DNA of 61,775 nucleotides, the filler included, from Choristocarpus tenellus KU-1152 (Eukaryota; Protista; Phaeophyceae): NCBI GenBank assembly GCA_964200185.2. It is 12 parts of 12 records of this genome, joined end to end, with 100 filler letters (N's around TTAATTAATTAA, not from the genome) between each part and the next. Parts side by side here need not be neighbours in the genome. Positions count along the whole stretch, not along the records: positions 49,839 to 52,441 come from CAXNAD020026369.1; positions 52,542 to 59,117 come from CAXNAD020007837.1; positions 59,218 to 61,775 come from CAXNAD020026797.1; 9 more parts are not named here. One strand, written 5' to 3'. Positions 50,797 to 61,775 of the stretch are shown piece after piece; position 1 is the first letter of the stretch, and the number at the start of each line of letters is the position of its first letter. The position numbers were made by a program, and so were the translations under genes. The notes beneath the pieces are model-generated. The model saw nothing but the letters and a program-made list of their open reading frames with translations. It was not told the DNA's origin and ran no database searches.

Positions 50797-52345
50797 CTGC
50801 TTGTCATAGATATAAAACAGGGCTCGAGTTCGAACAACGGGGGGGAGGAGCTCAAGTATCTGCTGGCTGTCCTTTCTCAGGGTCTCCTCTGTCTCCCCAG
50901 TGTGGTTCACAGCCTGTACGATCTGTTTGCAAGAGATCGAGCAACAGGACAGGCAAGGGCGTTATAAAAAACTCATTTCGGAGGCGTTTTCAGCAGCAGC
51001 TACAACTACAGGCGCATCACAGGAAAAAGTCTACCCTATTCATAGCAGTTACCTGGGTGCTTTCCAGGAGAGTGGTTAAGACTACTACCAGGAGCTTGCA
51101 GTAATGCCATGGATATCAACACACCATATGTTCTCAGGTATCACACAACTACAATACACAGGAACCAACAAGAACGTGTCATCTTTAACACTGACTGAGC
51201 CAGATAAGAACAACAACACCTCCCCTCCCTCCTCCCCTCCACTCCTCCCCAACACACAACACCCACACCACCACAGAATCTTACGAGTCGCTGGATAGCA
51301 TGTCGCACCACATCACATCACATCACATCACATTCCATCACATCGCACCACATCACATAACATCACATTCCATCACGTCGCACCACATCACATAACATAA
51401 CGTAACATTCCATCGCGTCCCACCACATCATTCGCGATCACGATTCTCAAGGCGCATGCATACCTGCGTGCATGCATCCATCCCAAAAAAAAAAAACACA
51501 AGTACACCTTTCTCAATAACGCCGTGTTTAAAAACCTCTGAATTACCTACCGCCTCACCTCCTCGTACAAGTCCTTGGGAAAGGAGTGCACACACGAAAA
51601 CACCTTTGCCTGGCGTTCAATGCGTTTGGCGTTTGTGTGTCTGACTGCAAGAGTAGTGATGATGTGGCTCAACGCACTGATGGCCAGAGCATACATGGTT
51701 GCCCCCGCGAGCATCACCTTCAACCCGTAATCCAAGAAACGAAAAATTGAAGTGGGAGTGGAGTACGCAAGGGGAGGTGGTTGAGGGGGGTAGGAGGGAG
51801 GACTCGAGCACGTGAAAAGGTGCAAGGCAGAGGTGGACAATCTCTTTTAAGATACAACCAAGTGCAAATAGCCAATGCCAGGCTGTACTTACTATCCCTC
51901 CGTCTCCAAAGGTCACTGGAGTGCTGGTCGTGTTTGGTCTGACTCTACTTTCCACTCGGGACAAACTAGAGCACCACATGGATTGCTCAGACAAAAAAAG
52001 ACACGCAGCAGTTCGGTTCAGTTCATTTCTTTTTTAATAGTTCATCTTTCAAGAACAAAAAAAGAAAAAGAAAAAGAAAAAAGTAAAGGTTCTTCCTCTC
52101 AGCTCAACAGCAACAATAACAATAACAAAAACAAAAACAAAAACACAGCGAAGAAATTTCCTTCCCATCAACAACAGCAGACAACCCTTCCCGCTTGTCT
52201 TACCACAACACAGTAGGATCTCTCAGCAATGCTGCTGGCAAATATGTCTCCGTAGCCAACTGTCGACAAAGTTGTGACCGACCAGTATACCGAGGTCACA
52301 TAGAGCACATAACCTGAAGCTTCCTCCAAACCATCCCTCACAATC
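50797..52345 (-). CDS. K+ channel of the cyclic-nucleotide-binding-domain superfamily (EAG/HCN/CNG-like); pore, S6 and C-linker exons; partial
   Basis: Exons 52345-52204 (YVTSVYWSVTTLSTVGYGDIFASSIAERSYCVV), 51717-51559 (VMLAGATMYALAISALSHII..HSFPKDLYEE) and 50922-50797 (..QQILELLPPVVRTRAL..) join in frame. TVGYGD selectivity filter and C-linker pattern present. Confidence 0.9.
51298..51430. repeat. Degenerate (CACAT)n pentanucleotide microsatellite in intron
   Basis: CACATCACATCACATCACATCACATTCCATCACATCGCACCACATCAC... Confidence 0.8.
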
Positions 52346-52566
52346 CTGAGGGAGAGCAGGATGGGGCAGGGCAGGGGGGGGGGGGAGGTGATAATGATAC
52401 GGTGCAATTGGCTGTAGACGAAGTGGGATGTGAGGGGGAGGNNNNNNNNNNNNNNNNNNNNNNNNNNNNNNNNNNNNNNNNNNNNTTAATTAATTAANNN
52501 NNNNNNNNNNNNNNNNNNNNNNNNNNNNNNNNNNNNNNNNNCACCCCCCGACTCACTTTTCTCCAG

Positions 52567-55500
52567 CACATGTCTTCTCAGTTGAGTGGTCTAATTCCTG
52601 TGAGCCCGCGAGGTACTCCTGCTGGAAGGGAGGCGTGTTTTGTTGTTGCTGACCCGGGGAGAGCCCCTTTTGTTGTGAGAGCCTTTGCGTCAGATGCACT
52701 TCAGGCTACAGAGTTGCAGGTGATGTGGGCATATCATGAATATAATTAATACGTTTTTTTTAATACATAATACATAATAATATAAATTGCAGTACAAAAT
52801 CGCTTCTTGCATTGTTGTACGCTTCATACATCCTCCAGCATTTTACACTTGAAGTTACAATGCAACAGTTGAAAAGTAGGTGCCTGCTATTACTTTTTTT
52901 TATAGTGTGGCGGTTTCAAGTATCGATAGAACACAGGGGATTTGTATCGCTTTCATCGACCATGATGTCCCGGATCTTTTAGGGGTTGTTGATTGGTTCA
53001 ACTCTTACTGTTCTCCTCATCTATTGGATATGATTTTGTGCAGGGACTTCTTCCCCGGCAGATGGAGGTTGATGGACGTGTGTCCATGGCTGCACTCAAT
53101 GGCACATTGAAGGGACGCATGGATGGCAGCATCATGGTCCTAATCCTCTCGCCTGACCTCAGTGGAGGAAAGGGACGAGAAAACACCTCGCTCTGCAGGT
53201 GGGTTGGGGAGGTTGGGGGGGGGGGGGGGGGGGTGCATTGTACTTTTCTGGGCTCTGTTGCTCTTGTGCGGCATGAATTTCATCTACCCATTCAATGCCT
53301 CTAGGGTACGGTGACAAAGCTGAAAGTTGAAAGTAGAGGACTTTGTGCTCTTATTTGCCCCATATTTGCTAGGAGGCTCTGTGTTGAGGTGGGTTCAATG
53401 TGCATTTATGTTCTCAAGGTTCAGCAACAGTATTAGAACCCCCCCCCCTTGCCCCATCCATGTCTTCCTAGTGAAGTGTTTCATGTTGGCACTGGCTCTT
53501 TCCGATTTACCATTGGTACTGAAGGCACAAAAATGTGCAATATTTCCAATATAACTGATGTTGAGCACCCCTTCACTCATCTCTACTGAGAGTTGCAGTC
53601 CACCACCCCCCTCACACAATCATCAATCAAAAAACGCCACACACACACACACACATGTCACGAAAAAATGTTCTTCTTCTGCAGGACGTTCTGCCAGGAC
53701 TTCTCGACGTACAAGAGGGAAGGTCGGGTAGGATACTGCTTCAAACAGTTTGACAAGCGCCCCGTGGAGTTTCTTTACCTGGTGCCTCCGAGCCTTGCCC
53801 CTCAGGTGCCCCTCCTAGGGCGGACCCCTGCAGCAGCAGCTGCCGAGGAAGGTCACCTGTGCTGCATGGTCGTCACATCATATCCACAACAAGAGCATCT
53901 TCGCTCCCCAACAGGGCCTCCCCAATCTGGTGGGATGCAGGCGCCGTCAAAGGCACAGGTTCGGGCAGTCTTGGGACCGGGATTGATCGGCAGACCTGGG
54001 GGGGTCAGTCCTGCTCAATCCATGACATTGTCACCACACTCACAGGATGTGCCTCCACTACAGCCGCCACCACCACCTCACAAGGCCTCTCATGGACACA
54101 CCAACAATACAACTAATGAGGGACTGGGAGCCCTTCACAGTCATGGACCAGCACCAAACTTGACCCCAGTGATGAGCTCAATCCCACATCCTGCCCCACC
54201 AAGAGCCCCAACAGCTGGAGGAGGGATGTCAACAGGTGGGGGGAGGATAGGGCAGCCTTCACCAGGGGTGGCAAGTACCCCACAGTTCGATCCACATTCT
54301 TGCCCTCCCCCGCAGGCGGTCTCAACATATGCTCAGTCTCAACCTCCAGTGCAAGGCTCTGGACCTTCTGTAGTTGCAAATCCAGGAGTGTCAATGCCTC
54401 TCCCACCCCCCCCCCCCCCCCCCCCCCCCCCCCAAAATTGTCCCCTTAGCCGAAGTGACATTGGGGGCAGGGGGTCGAGAGATGGGGCAGGGGCAGGGTT
54501 GCCTCAGTTCTCTACCACTGCTCCAGCAGGTGCACCTGGCGGGTGGGAAGGGGTGCGGGGGGGGGGACAATTGGTGGGGTTGCAACTGCCGGGGCAGGTG
54601 ATGGGGACTCCAGCAGCTGATCATGGGAAGTTTGGTGTGAGAGTGGAGACTCAGATGGGAATGCCACAGCAGGTGACTTTTGTAGTATGATTGAAGAGGC
54701 TTTGTTGTGGTTTTAGAGGTAGAATTTTCTGGGAGGGTGTGGGGACTTAATTTTTTACCATGGCTTAGGGTGGCTACTTGATGTTGAATTGTGAGAGAGA
54801 TGTGGAAAGGAGGAATTTTTATTTTGTTCTTACAAGAGTGCAATGGCTGGCAGTTATGCTTTGTGTTCTAAGAACCCGTGATGCATCTCCATAGGCATAT
54901 TAACTGTGTATTTGTAGTGTACAGTGCAGTTAAGCACCGTTACTGATACAAGGGTTTTGTAGAGCATATTATGGCTGTGTTGTTGGATGTACAAGTCCGG
55001 TGATGGTACTTTTTTAGAGACCCTGATAGTGGAAAAATTAGTGCTCAGTTGGAGGACCAATATAAAACACCAACACAACCAACACATTTGTACTCACTGT
55101 GTGTATACCCTCTACATTTCCCTAGGCTGCTCCCATGACTGGTCCGCCGGGACCTCTTGCCCGCCCACCACCACCTCCACCACCACCACCTCCGCCAATG
55201 GTAATCCAGCCAACAGCTCCACCAGGTGGTGCACCTCAATCTGGTGGGGCACAGTGGTACAACAGTGGGGAGGCATCAAGTCAACACGGACTTCATCAGC
55301 AGATGGAGGAGGTTGCCCAGCGTGTTGCTTCTGTTGGACCTGGGGAGGTAAGTGTTGCATCGTGTGCTTACTCTACAGGGCATGCTGTTGCTTGGGGTTT
55401 AGGGGGAAAGAATTCCTTTGTTATATTGTTCAACTCTGTTCCTGCTGCCCTTTGCGACCATGGGAAGCTTGTTTTATATGGTGTTATTGGGGGAAGCACA

Positions 55501-56498
55501 TGTAAGGGGTGAGAGTACTTCCTGGACAAACTATTGCTCATCGCTGCCATTTTATTTATTTTTTGGTGGGTGGCTGCCTAAAAAGAGTGGTACGTTTAAG
55601 GCTATTAACTATGCAATGAATCATCAAGAAGCATTGATGCGNNNNNNNNNNATAATGCTGCAGAGAGAGCTATGCGATCTATTGCCATTGGTCGTAAAAA
55701 CTGGTTGTGTGCATGGTCTCGAGGTAGCTCTTGGATCCCAAGCAGGGATGATTGGGTTGAATGTGATTCATGGGGATTGAATGAACAAAATCGGTGGATC
55801 GTGCCTGCCATTGTTGCGTCCTTGTAGTTATTTGCTCCAGCTGTGTTTACATGTTAAGTTCGTGGATGACTTGATGGGAAAATGGAGGCGTAGTAAATGG
55901 TGCTCCAAGTAGTTGACAGACATTTTTTTAATTCAAGAATCCTCTCCTGTAGTTCGTTAATATAAACAAATGTTTTTGAGGGGAAAATTTTGTACAGGCC
56001 TTGGGTTTTGGTATTTTGCAAACATACTTTTGAGAGGTGTTGCTACAAATATTGTTAGGGGAAAGGGGGAAATAGGAGAGCAAAGCACATCCTAACGGGG
56101 TGCTGGAGAGGGTTTGCATGATGATTTCATCATTTTTATTCATCTGTTTCATACAAGCGTTCTGTAACAGCAAGGTACAGTGAAGTGATCCTCCCTGCTC
56201 CAGTGCATATTTTGCTGTCAAGTCTCTAACTTCACCATGCACACAATTCTGCTCACAGCTGGAGGCTATGAGGCAGTTGCCAGGGGCCAGGACACAGCAT
56301 CCCTTTATCTTCGATGATGATCCTGGCTTTGCCAAGTTCAGAGTAAAGATCACAGACCTTGTGATGCCCAGGCTGCAGGGTCGGCCAGGCATAGCAGCAC
56401 AGCCACCACAACAGCAGTATGGACATGTGCATTCCATTGCCCCTGGGCTGGGGCCTGAGTCAACCCCAACACATGGGACCGATCAGGGTCACAGATAA
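52567..56498 (+). CDS. SPOC-domain protein with proline-rich linker and C-terminal SURP/SWAP-like domain (5' partial)
   Basis: Exons 52567-52719, 53044-53198, 53685-54672, 55126-55347, 56259-56498 join in frame. SPOC-like: LLPRQMEVDGRV..MVLILSP..FCQDFSTYKREGRVGYC..FLYLVPP. SURP-like: MEEVAQRVASVGPGE|LEAMRQLPGARTQHPFIFDDDPGFAKFRVKI. Confidence 0.72.
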
Positions 56499-59217
56499 AA
56501 TGCTCACATTGGGGTGAAAAACAATGCGAATCAACACATATGAACGGGAGACAGTGGAGGTAGGTATGATGGGAAGGCAAGGAGATGTAATTGGAGATGG
56601 TGTGCAAGTAGTCATATGAAGGATGGGTGATGTTCAACCTTTCTTTGGGGGAGATAAAGCATCACACATCCCACCACACAAGAGGCTGAAATTCAAGGGT
56701 GTGCGTGTAGGGAATGAAGGTGACAATGACTTGTAAACTTCGTGGGGCTTGGTTTTGGGGGGGGTGCGTAGGCAGTTAGAGTGGCCCAAAGTGGTGGTCT
56801 GTCAAGTTTTGGCAGTTGCTGATTCTCAGGTGGTAATGCATTTGATGTACTGTGATCTGTTTTTCCTTGTGAAATGGGTTAGCCATGTTTCTATTCTGCG
56901 GAGTGTTTTGATGTGTACATTTGTTTGTAAGGGGGTGAAAAGGATGCCCATGTCCTTCTTTGTATAACTTCGAAGCATTATTGTGCTTCTAAGTATAATC
57001 TAAGAAATTTCTATACCTTTCTTGCTCCTGATACGTGCCATTGGAAGCCAAGGCCCTTGTTGGTGCTACAGAGTTATGATGCTAATGTTGTAATGTCTCG
57101 CCTCTGTGGCAGTGCTTTGTGATCGTTGTTTTCTGGTTTGCATCTAATGGAAGGAGTAACTTGTTGCAGAGCAACAGCGAAAGAAGGATGGAAGCAGGTT
57201 GCGGTTGCCTCTTGAGTTCACGCATGCATGCCTTGATTGAAGGTCTCAAGTATGACTTTATGGTAGTGTGAGTAGTCCAGATATATTATGTGGACTGGAT
57301 GGTGACATCGCAATGGAGAGAAATCTGCCTGCCACTTTCAAAGTTTGAGGGATACGTCCTGTGAGTTCGTTGCTGCAGCAGAGAAAAAGCACACGCCAAA
57401 AAAGAAAAATCAAGACTCGCGTGACATCTGCACTGTGGCCATACCTCAGTAAGGGGCAAGCATCCTCCTCATGATGCGTATGAAAGGACTTGTCCTGGTA
57501 GGTACTGGAGGGGTGCTCCACTACTACCTATGATTCTCCTGCATGCAAGGGAGTCAATAATGCATTGTGAACAATGTCCTAACAGCAGCATTTCAACCAA
57601 TGAAATTGTCTTTATGGTATGTCTTCGCCCTGACACATTCCTTACTCGTTTTTTCCTTTTTATTCGTGTGAGACTCACAACAACAAAAACAATGCCTGCA
57701 AAAAGACGTCCGCCTACTACAACTACATGACTCCATAGAGATCTTCATACGATCCCCCAAACTATAAATTCCTCCATCGATTGTCTGTGCACGACCTCAC
57801 CAATGCCCTGCATGCTTACATACAGACCCCTTCCCCAACAAAATTTCCACCACTTCCTAAGAAAAAAAACTCTCCAACAGGTGCACTACCACACAACACA
57901 TACATGAGATGGATGGATGTTTGAACGCATCTTTATAGCAAGAAAGGTGACCAGCACTCGCGTTTATGTATCACTCGCAGCAGTATTCCAACAACCTCTC
58001 AACACCTCCCGTGACATCCGGCCGAGCTCCTACAACAACAAACTTGGTGATGCAGCCTTTGACTGGCCTTGACCAACGTGACCCTAACTCCTACATACAG
58101 GACATACACATAAAGGGGATAGAAGGGAAGGTTGCGTATGACAGGGGTAACATTTGTAAGGACAAGCAAAGTAGAGGAGACATATATAGATGGATGGGTT
58201 ACGTATGGCAGGGCACAGTAAATAAGCCAGGGCCTTTGGCCTTACTGTAATTTCCCGCACCAGCTAAGAATACTTCCTCCCTCTCAATGTCATCGTTTGA
58301 TGAAGTATATGAAGGACAATAATGTTAAATTGATGATGAGCAACCTAGTGGAACACCACTGTCTTGGGATGTTGGTCGATATCACACAAAACACAGCTGA
58401 TAGAAGAGGAGGTGTTGCTGCTACCGGGAACATTCTGTGGGTGCCCAACATGGCGACTTCTCCAAACACAACATAGACCAGATGGCGCAAAGCCAAGTGC
58501 AAATGATATCCATAAGAAATCCTAAAGGTATGATTGCACAATTCTTCTAGCCAAGAGTCTATTAGCTCCTCAAGCAATATTTTTCACCAATGGCATAAAT
58601 ATCGTCCTCTCATGACCACTATCCACAATACAAAAAGGGTTTGTATAGACCAAGAATGAAGGCATCACAGACCAGACATCATGAATCAAATCACCATGTG
58701 GGTCAACTATCTCCTTGAAAGTCTTCAATATGACAATGTTGGACAACAGATAGAAGCGAAAGGTAGAATTTGTCTGAAAATACTCACAAATATCCACTGC
58801 TTTGTGTCTATGATACCAATCAATAGTTGCTACTAATACACTATCTTCACTAAAGAGTGAGTAAGAATCAAATCAATGCGCAACATCTTTACATCACACA
58901 CACACACACCCCGAAAATTGATACTATACCCATGAAAGGTTTCCATGACCTATTCAATGATGCATTTGCCAGCAAGACATATCGCATTCGCTTCGATCAC
59001 AAATGAGGTTGCAAATACCACAAGTCTGGTGAGTGGTGCAAACTTCGTATAACAGCCGATTTCAAAAAATGAGGATGGAGCTTTTCATTGAGGATGGGCT
59101 TGACCCAAAATTGACAGNNNNNNNNNNNNNNNNNNNNNNNNNNNNNNNNNNNNNNNNNNNNTTAATTAATTAANNNNNNNNNNNNNNNNNNNNNNNNNNN
59201 NNNNNNNNNNNNNNNNN

Positions 59218-59396
59218 GGGTGGGGGGGGGGAGGGGGGGCGGATTCTACACCAGGGTGTCCACTTGGACCAAAATCAGGAAAAGAGCACATACATTATCC
59301 ATCCGACGTATGCAACCAAATCATCCAAAAATCGCGACATGGAAAAAATTGACCCCAAATGGACAGCCGCCACCCCCCCCCCAGGTACTTTGAGCC
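59218..59396 (+). mobile_element. Partial MITE copy at contig start
   Basis: ..AAAATCGCGACATGG..GACCCCAAATGGACAGCCGCCACCCCCCCCCCAGGTACTTTGAGCC matches the family's right end. Confidence 0.65.
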
Positions 59397-61203
59397 TCAA
59401 ATAGTTAACAGATATTGGAGGGGTATCATTTCACATTTACATCAAATAAATGTACATGGGTCCTCATGATATTAAATTGGCCTTTTCCCTCACACATACG
59501 CAAAAAATTGAGTGCATAATAATATAATAAAATATAATATAATATCCCTAGCCCCTCACCTTGGATTACAGGACTAAGCTAGGTTAGAGGCACAGGAAGG
59601 GAATGGTGTAGCATAACTGGTAGTAACATAGCGAATAGATTAAAAGTTTTTCGCATTTATGACAACTGTTTCTTTTTTAAGGTTTACTCTGACATGTCAT
59701 TTTTCCTTTCCCTGACACATCTTCAAAATGTCACAGAGGGCATAATAATAAAAAATATAAACATTATATTCTAATACCGCATATTGACCGCAATCCCTTA
59801 CTTGATAAAAAGATAAACATCACTCAATACTGGATATACTCAAGTTCTTCAAACTCAAAACAGTTGTAGATAACCACATGATCGTCCCACTACTCCTGCA
59901 TAGAGGTACCTGTCACCTGACTGGAAACATCCTGGTAAAGCCATGCAGGGAGCCAATGTTTCACACTTTATTCATACACAAAATTCATCGCAAGAACCAC
60001 AAAAATTTCCCCCCTATCTACCTGAGGTTTTGCTCTGTAAACAACTTCATTGCACACATGCATGCATGATGCATATGACATTCATCCAGCAAGGGAAGAG
60101 CTCCAGTCGAAGATATATTGTAAAGTCATCAACATTACCACTTGAAGTGCTGCAGGTACTGAAGGCCACCACTCTTATTTTTCTCAGTAATTCTTTATTG
60201 TACTCATGTATATTAGTGAAATGCATTACTTTCCTCCCCCTTTTGCCCTTTGAACTACAACACTACCCTTCCCCCCTCCCCAGCAGATCAAGGTACAGAA
60301 CTCGGAACTGCTCCTTTGATCTCCCCTCTTCACCAACTTCAAAGCATTGAGCAGTCTTCAAGGGTCCTCCTGCATGGATATGGATACTCCTCTCATCCTC
60401 AAGACCTATTCCCATATTCGTCCAATATCAATAACTCAAAAAAAAACTTCGCCCATTACCACATGGGACTTGCCCTCCCTACACAAAAGCTTGTTGAACA
60501 AGCGCTTGATGACTCAAGTCACAGCTTACAACAACAGGTAGTACAACCTGCCCTGCATGCAGTCTTCCATTATTCTGCACTCAACAGCCATTGCAGTAGA
60601 CAGCAAATGGATATTAAAAAGCTCTTCCCTATGTAGCAATTTGAGTACGCTGTTCTACCCTAAAACCCTACTCCCCACTCTTAAAATAGAAAAAAAAATG
60701 CTCCTTTTTTATACCTGGGGAACACACAATACGGCCATACTAGAAAGTCAATATCTGGAATACTTATTTTTGTAATACGTCTTTCTATTTAAGTTGTACA
60801 AGTACCTCAATAAACCTCCCCCCCCCCCCCGGTAACACTCCTCATTTTCTTTCCACAGCTCACACTAAAAAAAAAAAGCAATTACAATGCCATATAGTAC
60901 CATGGAAAAGAGCACGAGCACAAACACAAGCACACACACATATCACATCACATCACACTATCTAACCTCAAAACAACACACTATGTTAGCACTACAATAA
61001 AGTCCACGTCCTCCCTCCCAACCCTCCTCCCCAGACACACAAGACTTGACACATCTGTCCTTATCCTTTACATGCAAGGCAGTACTCACCCCTCGACTCT
61101 ATTTTGTCTTTTGTTGCTGGGTGCAAATATATCCAGTAAGTATGGCAGTGAGTGAGTGTTCAAGTGGGGGGGAGGGTAGGAGAGGGGAACTAGATGTTGA
61201 TAC

Positions 61204-61509
61204 CTCAACTAAAATGTCAACTACGCTGATCAGTTGGTACATCCCACCCACTCCCAATAGTACACAGATAGTCTGGGTATCAACACTGCGCTCAAGAAAA
61301 AACTCAACATACACACACGCCTGACTACAACGTAAGGTACATCAATTTGTGCAACCATCAAGGCATCAGCATCACAACACAGGCGCTCACATGGTGGTGG
61401 CCATAGGTGATGCGCTTACCTCAGGGACAAAGTGTGAACAGGAGTAGGAAGGGGACAGCTTGCCCGGACCAGCCCTCACTAAAAGCCCTAAACAGGAGAA
61501 GATACTCAT
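61204..61509 (-). CDS. Possible two exons of an unknown protein
   Basis: Open segments MSIFSCLGLLVRAGPGKLSPSYSCSHFVPE|gtaag and cag|ACVYVEFFLERSVDTQTICVLLGVGGMYQLISVVDILVE|gt are phase-compatible. No recognisable domain. Confidence 0.25.
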
Positions 61510-61775
61510 CCTCTTTCAAGCCGCCTTCTAAACTTTAATTGTTCTGACTTGAAGTGCTCTGGAGCTAACACTTTAGGAAATGAAACATCATGAAAAAAAA
61601 AATCGCATGCTTGGCGGGTCCCTATTCCCTATTTATCACACTTCGACAACAACAAAAAAGCACAAACATTTTTTTAACCCTAGGGATGGCTCTCGGCCTG
61701 AAGTTGGCTCTGGAGGGTATGGCCCTGCTACCATGGGGGTTCTCCGGCGTTTGCCTTTCACGTTGCCCTGCCCTG

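Noticed and set aside
10102-59217. Recurrent TTAATTAATTAA palindrome between N-runs as a biological repeat, and cross-contig gene clustering
   Set aside because: The fixed 44N-12-44N format marks an assembly/concatenation spacer. Neighbouring contigs are not necessarily adjacent.

Overview
Eukaryotic nuclear DNA, most likely a brown alga or related photosynthetic stramenopile. This is inferred from intron-rich GT-AG genes, EsV-1-7 repeats, a bipartite plastid-targeting presequence and TTAGGG repeats. The window is not contiguous: 12 contigs are joined by artificial 100-bp spacers (N44-TTAATTAATTAA-N44), so adjacency across spacers means nothing. I reconstructed spliced genes by hand, without homology searches: a multi-C2-domain protein (11 exons, all phase 0), a complete plastid-type formate/nitrite transporter (NAR1-like), an alpha2delta/CACHD1-like VWA_N protein, an EsV-1-7 repeat protein, a probable PELP1/Rix1-like protein, a TVGYGD K+ channel, and a SPOC + proline-rich + SURP-like protein. 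Mobile DNA includes an abundant ~260-290 bp MITE family with 4-bp TSDs (Sola2-like by inference), a decayed plant-type mariner, an RLE-type non-LTR retrotransposon fragment and other relics. The most unusual segment is 41294-43962: tandem repeat arrays, then a truncated ParB/Srx-like ORF, then an AT-rich patch of decayed bacterial mutS and sucB fragments (Rickettsiales-like) that is interrupted by a host MITE.
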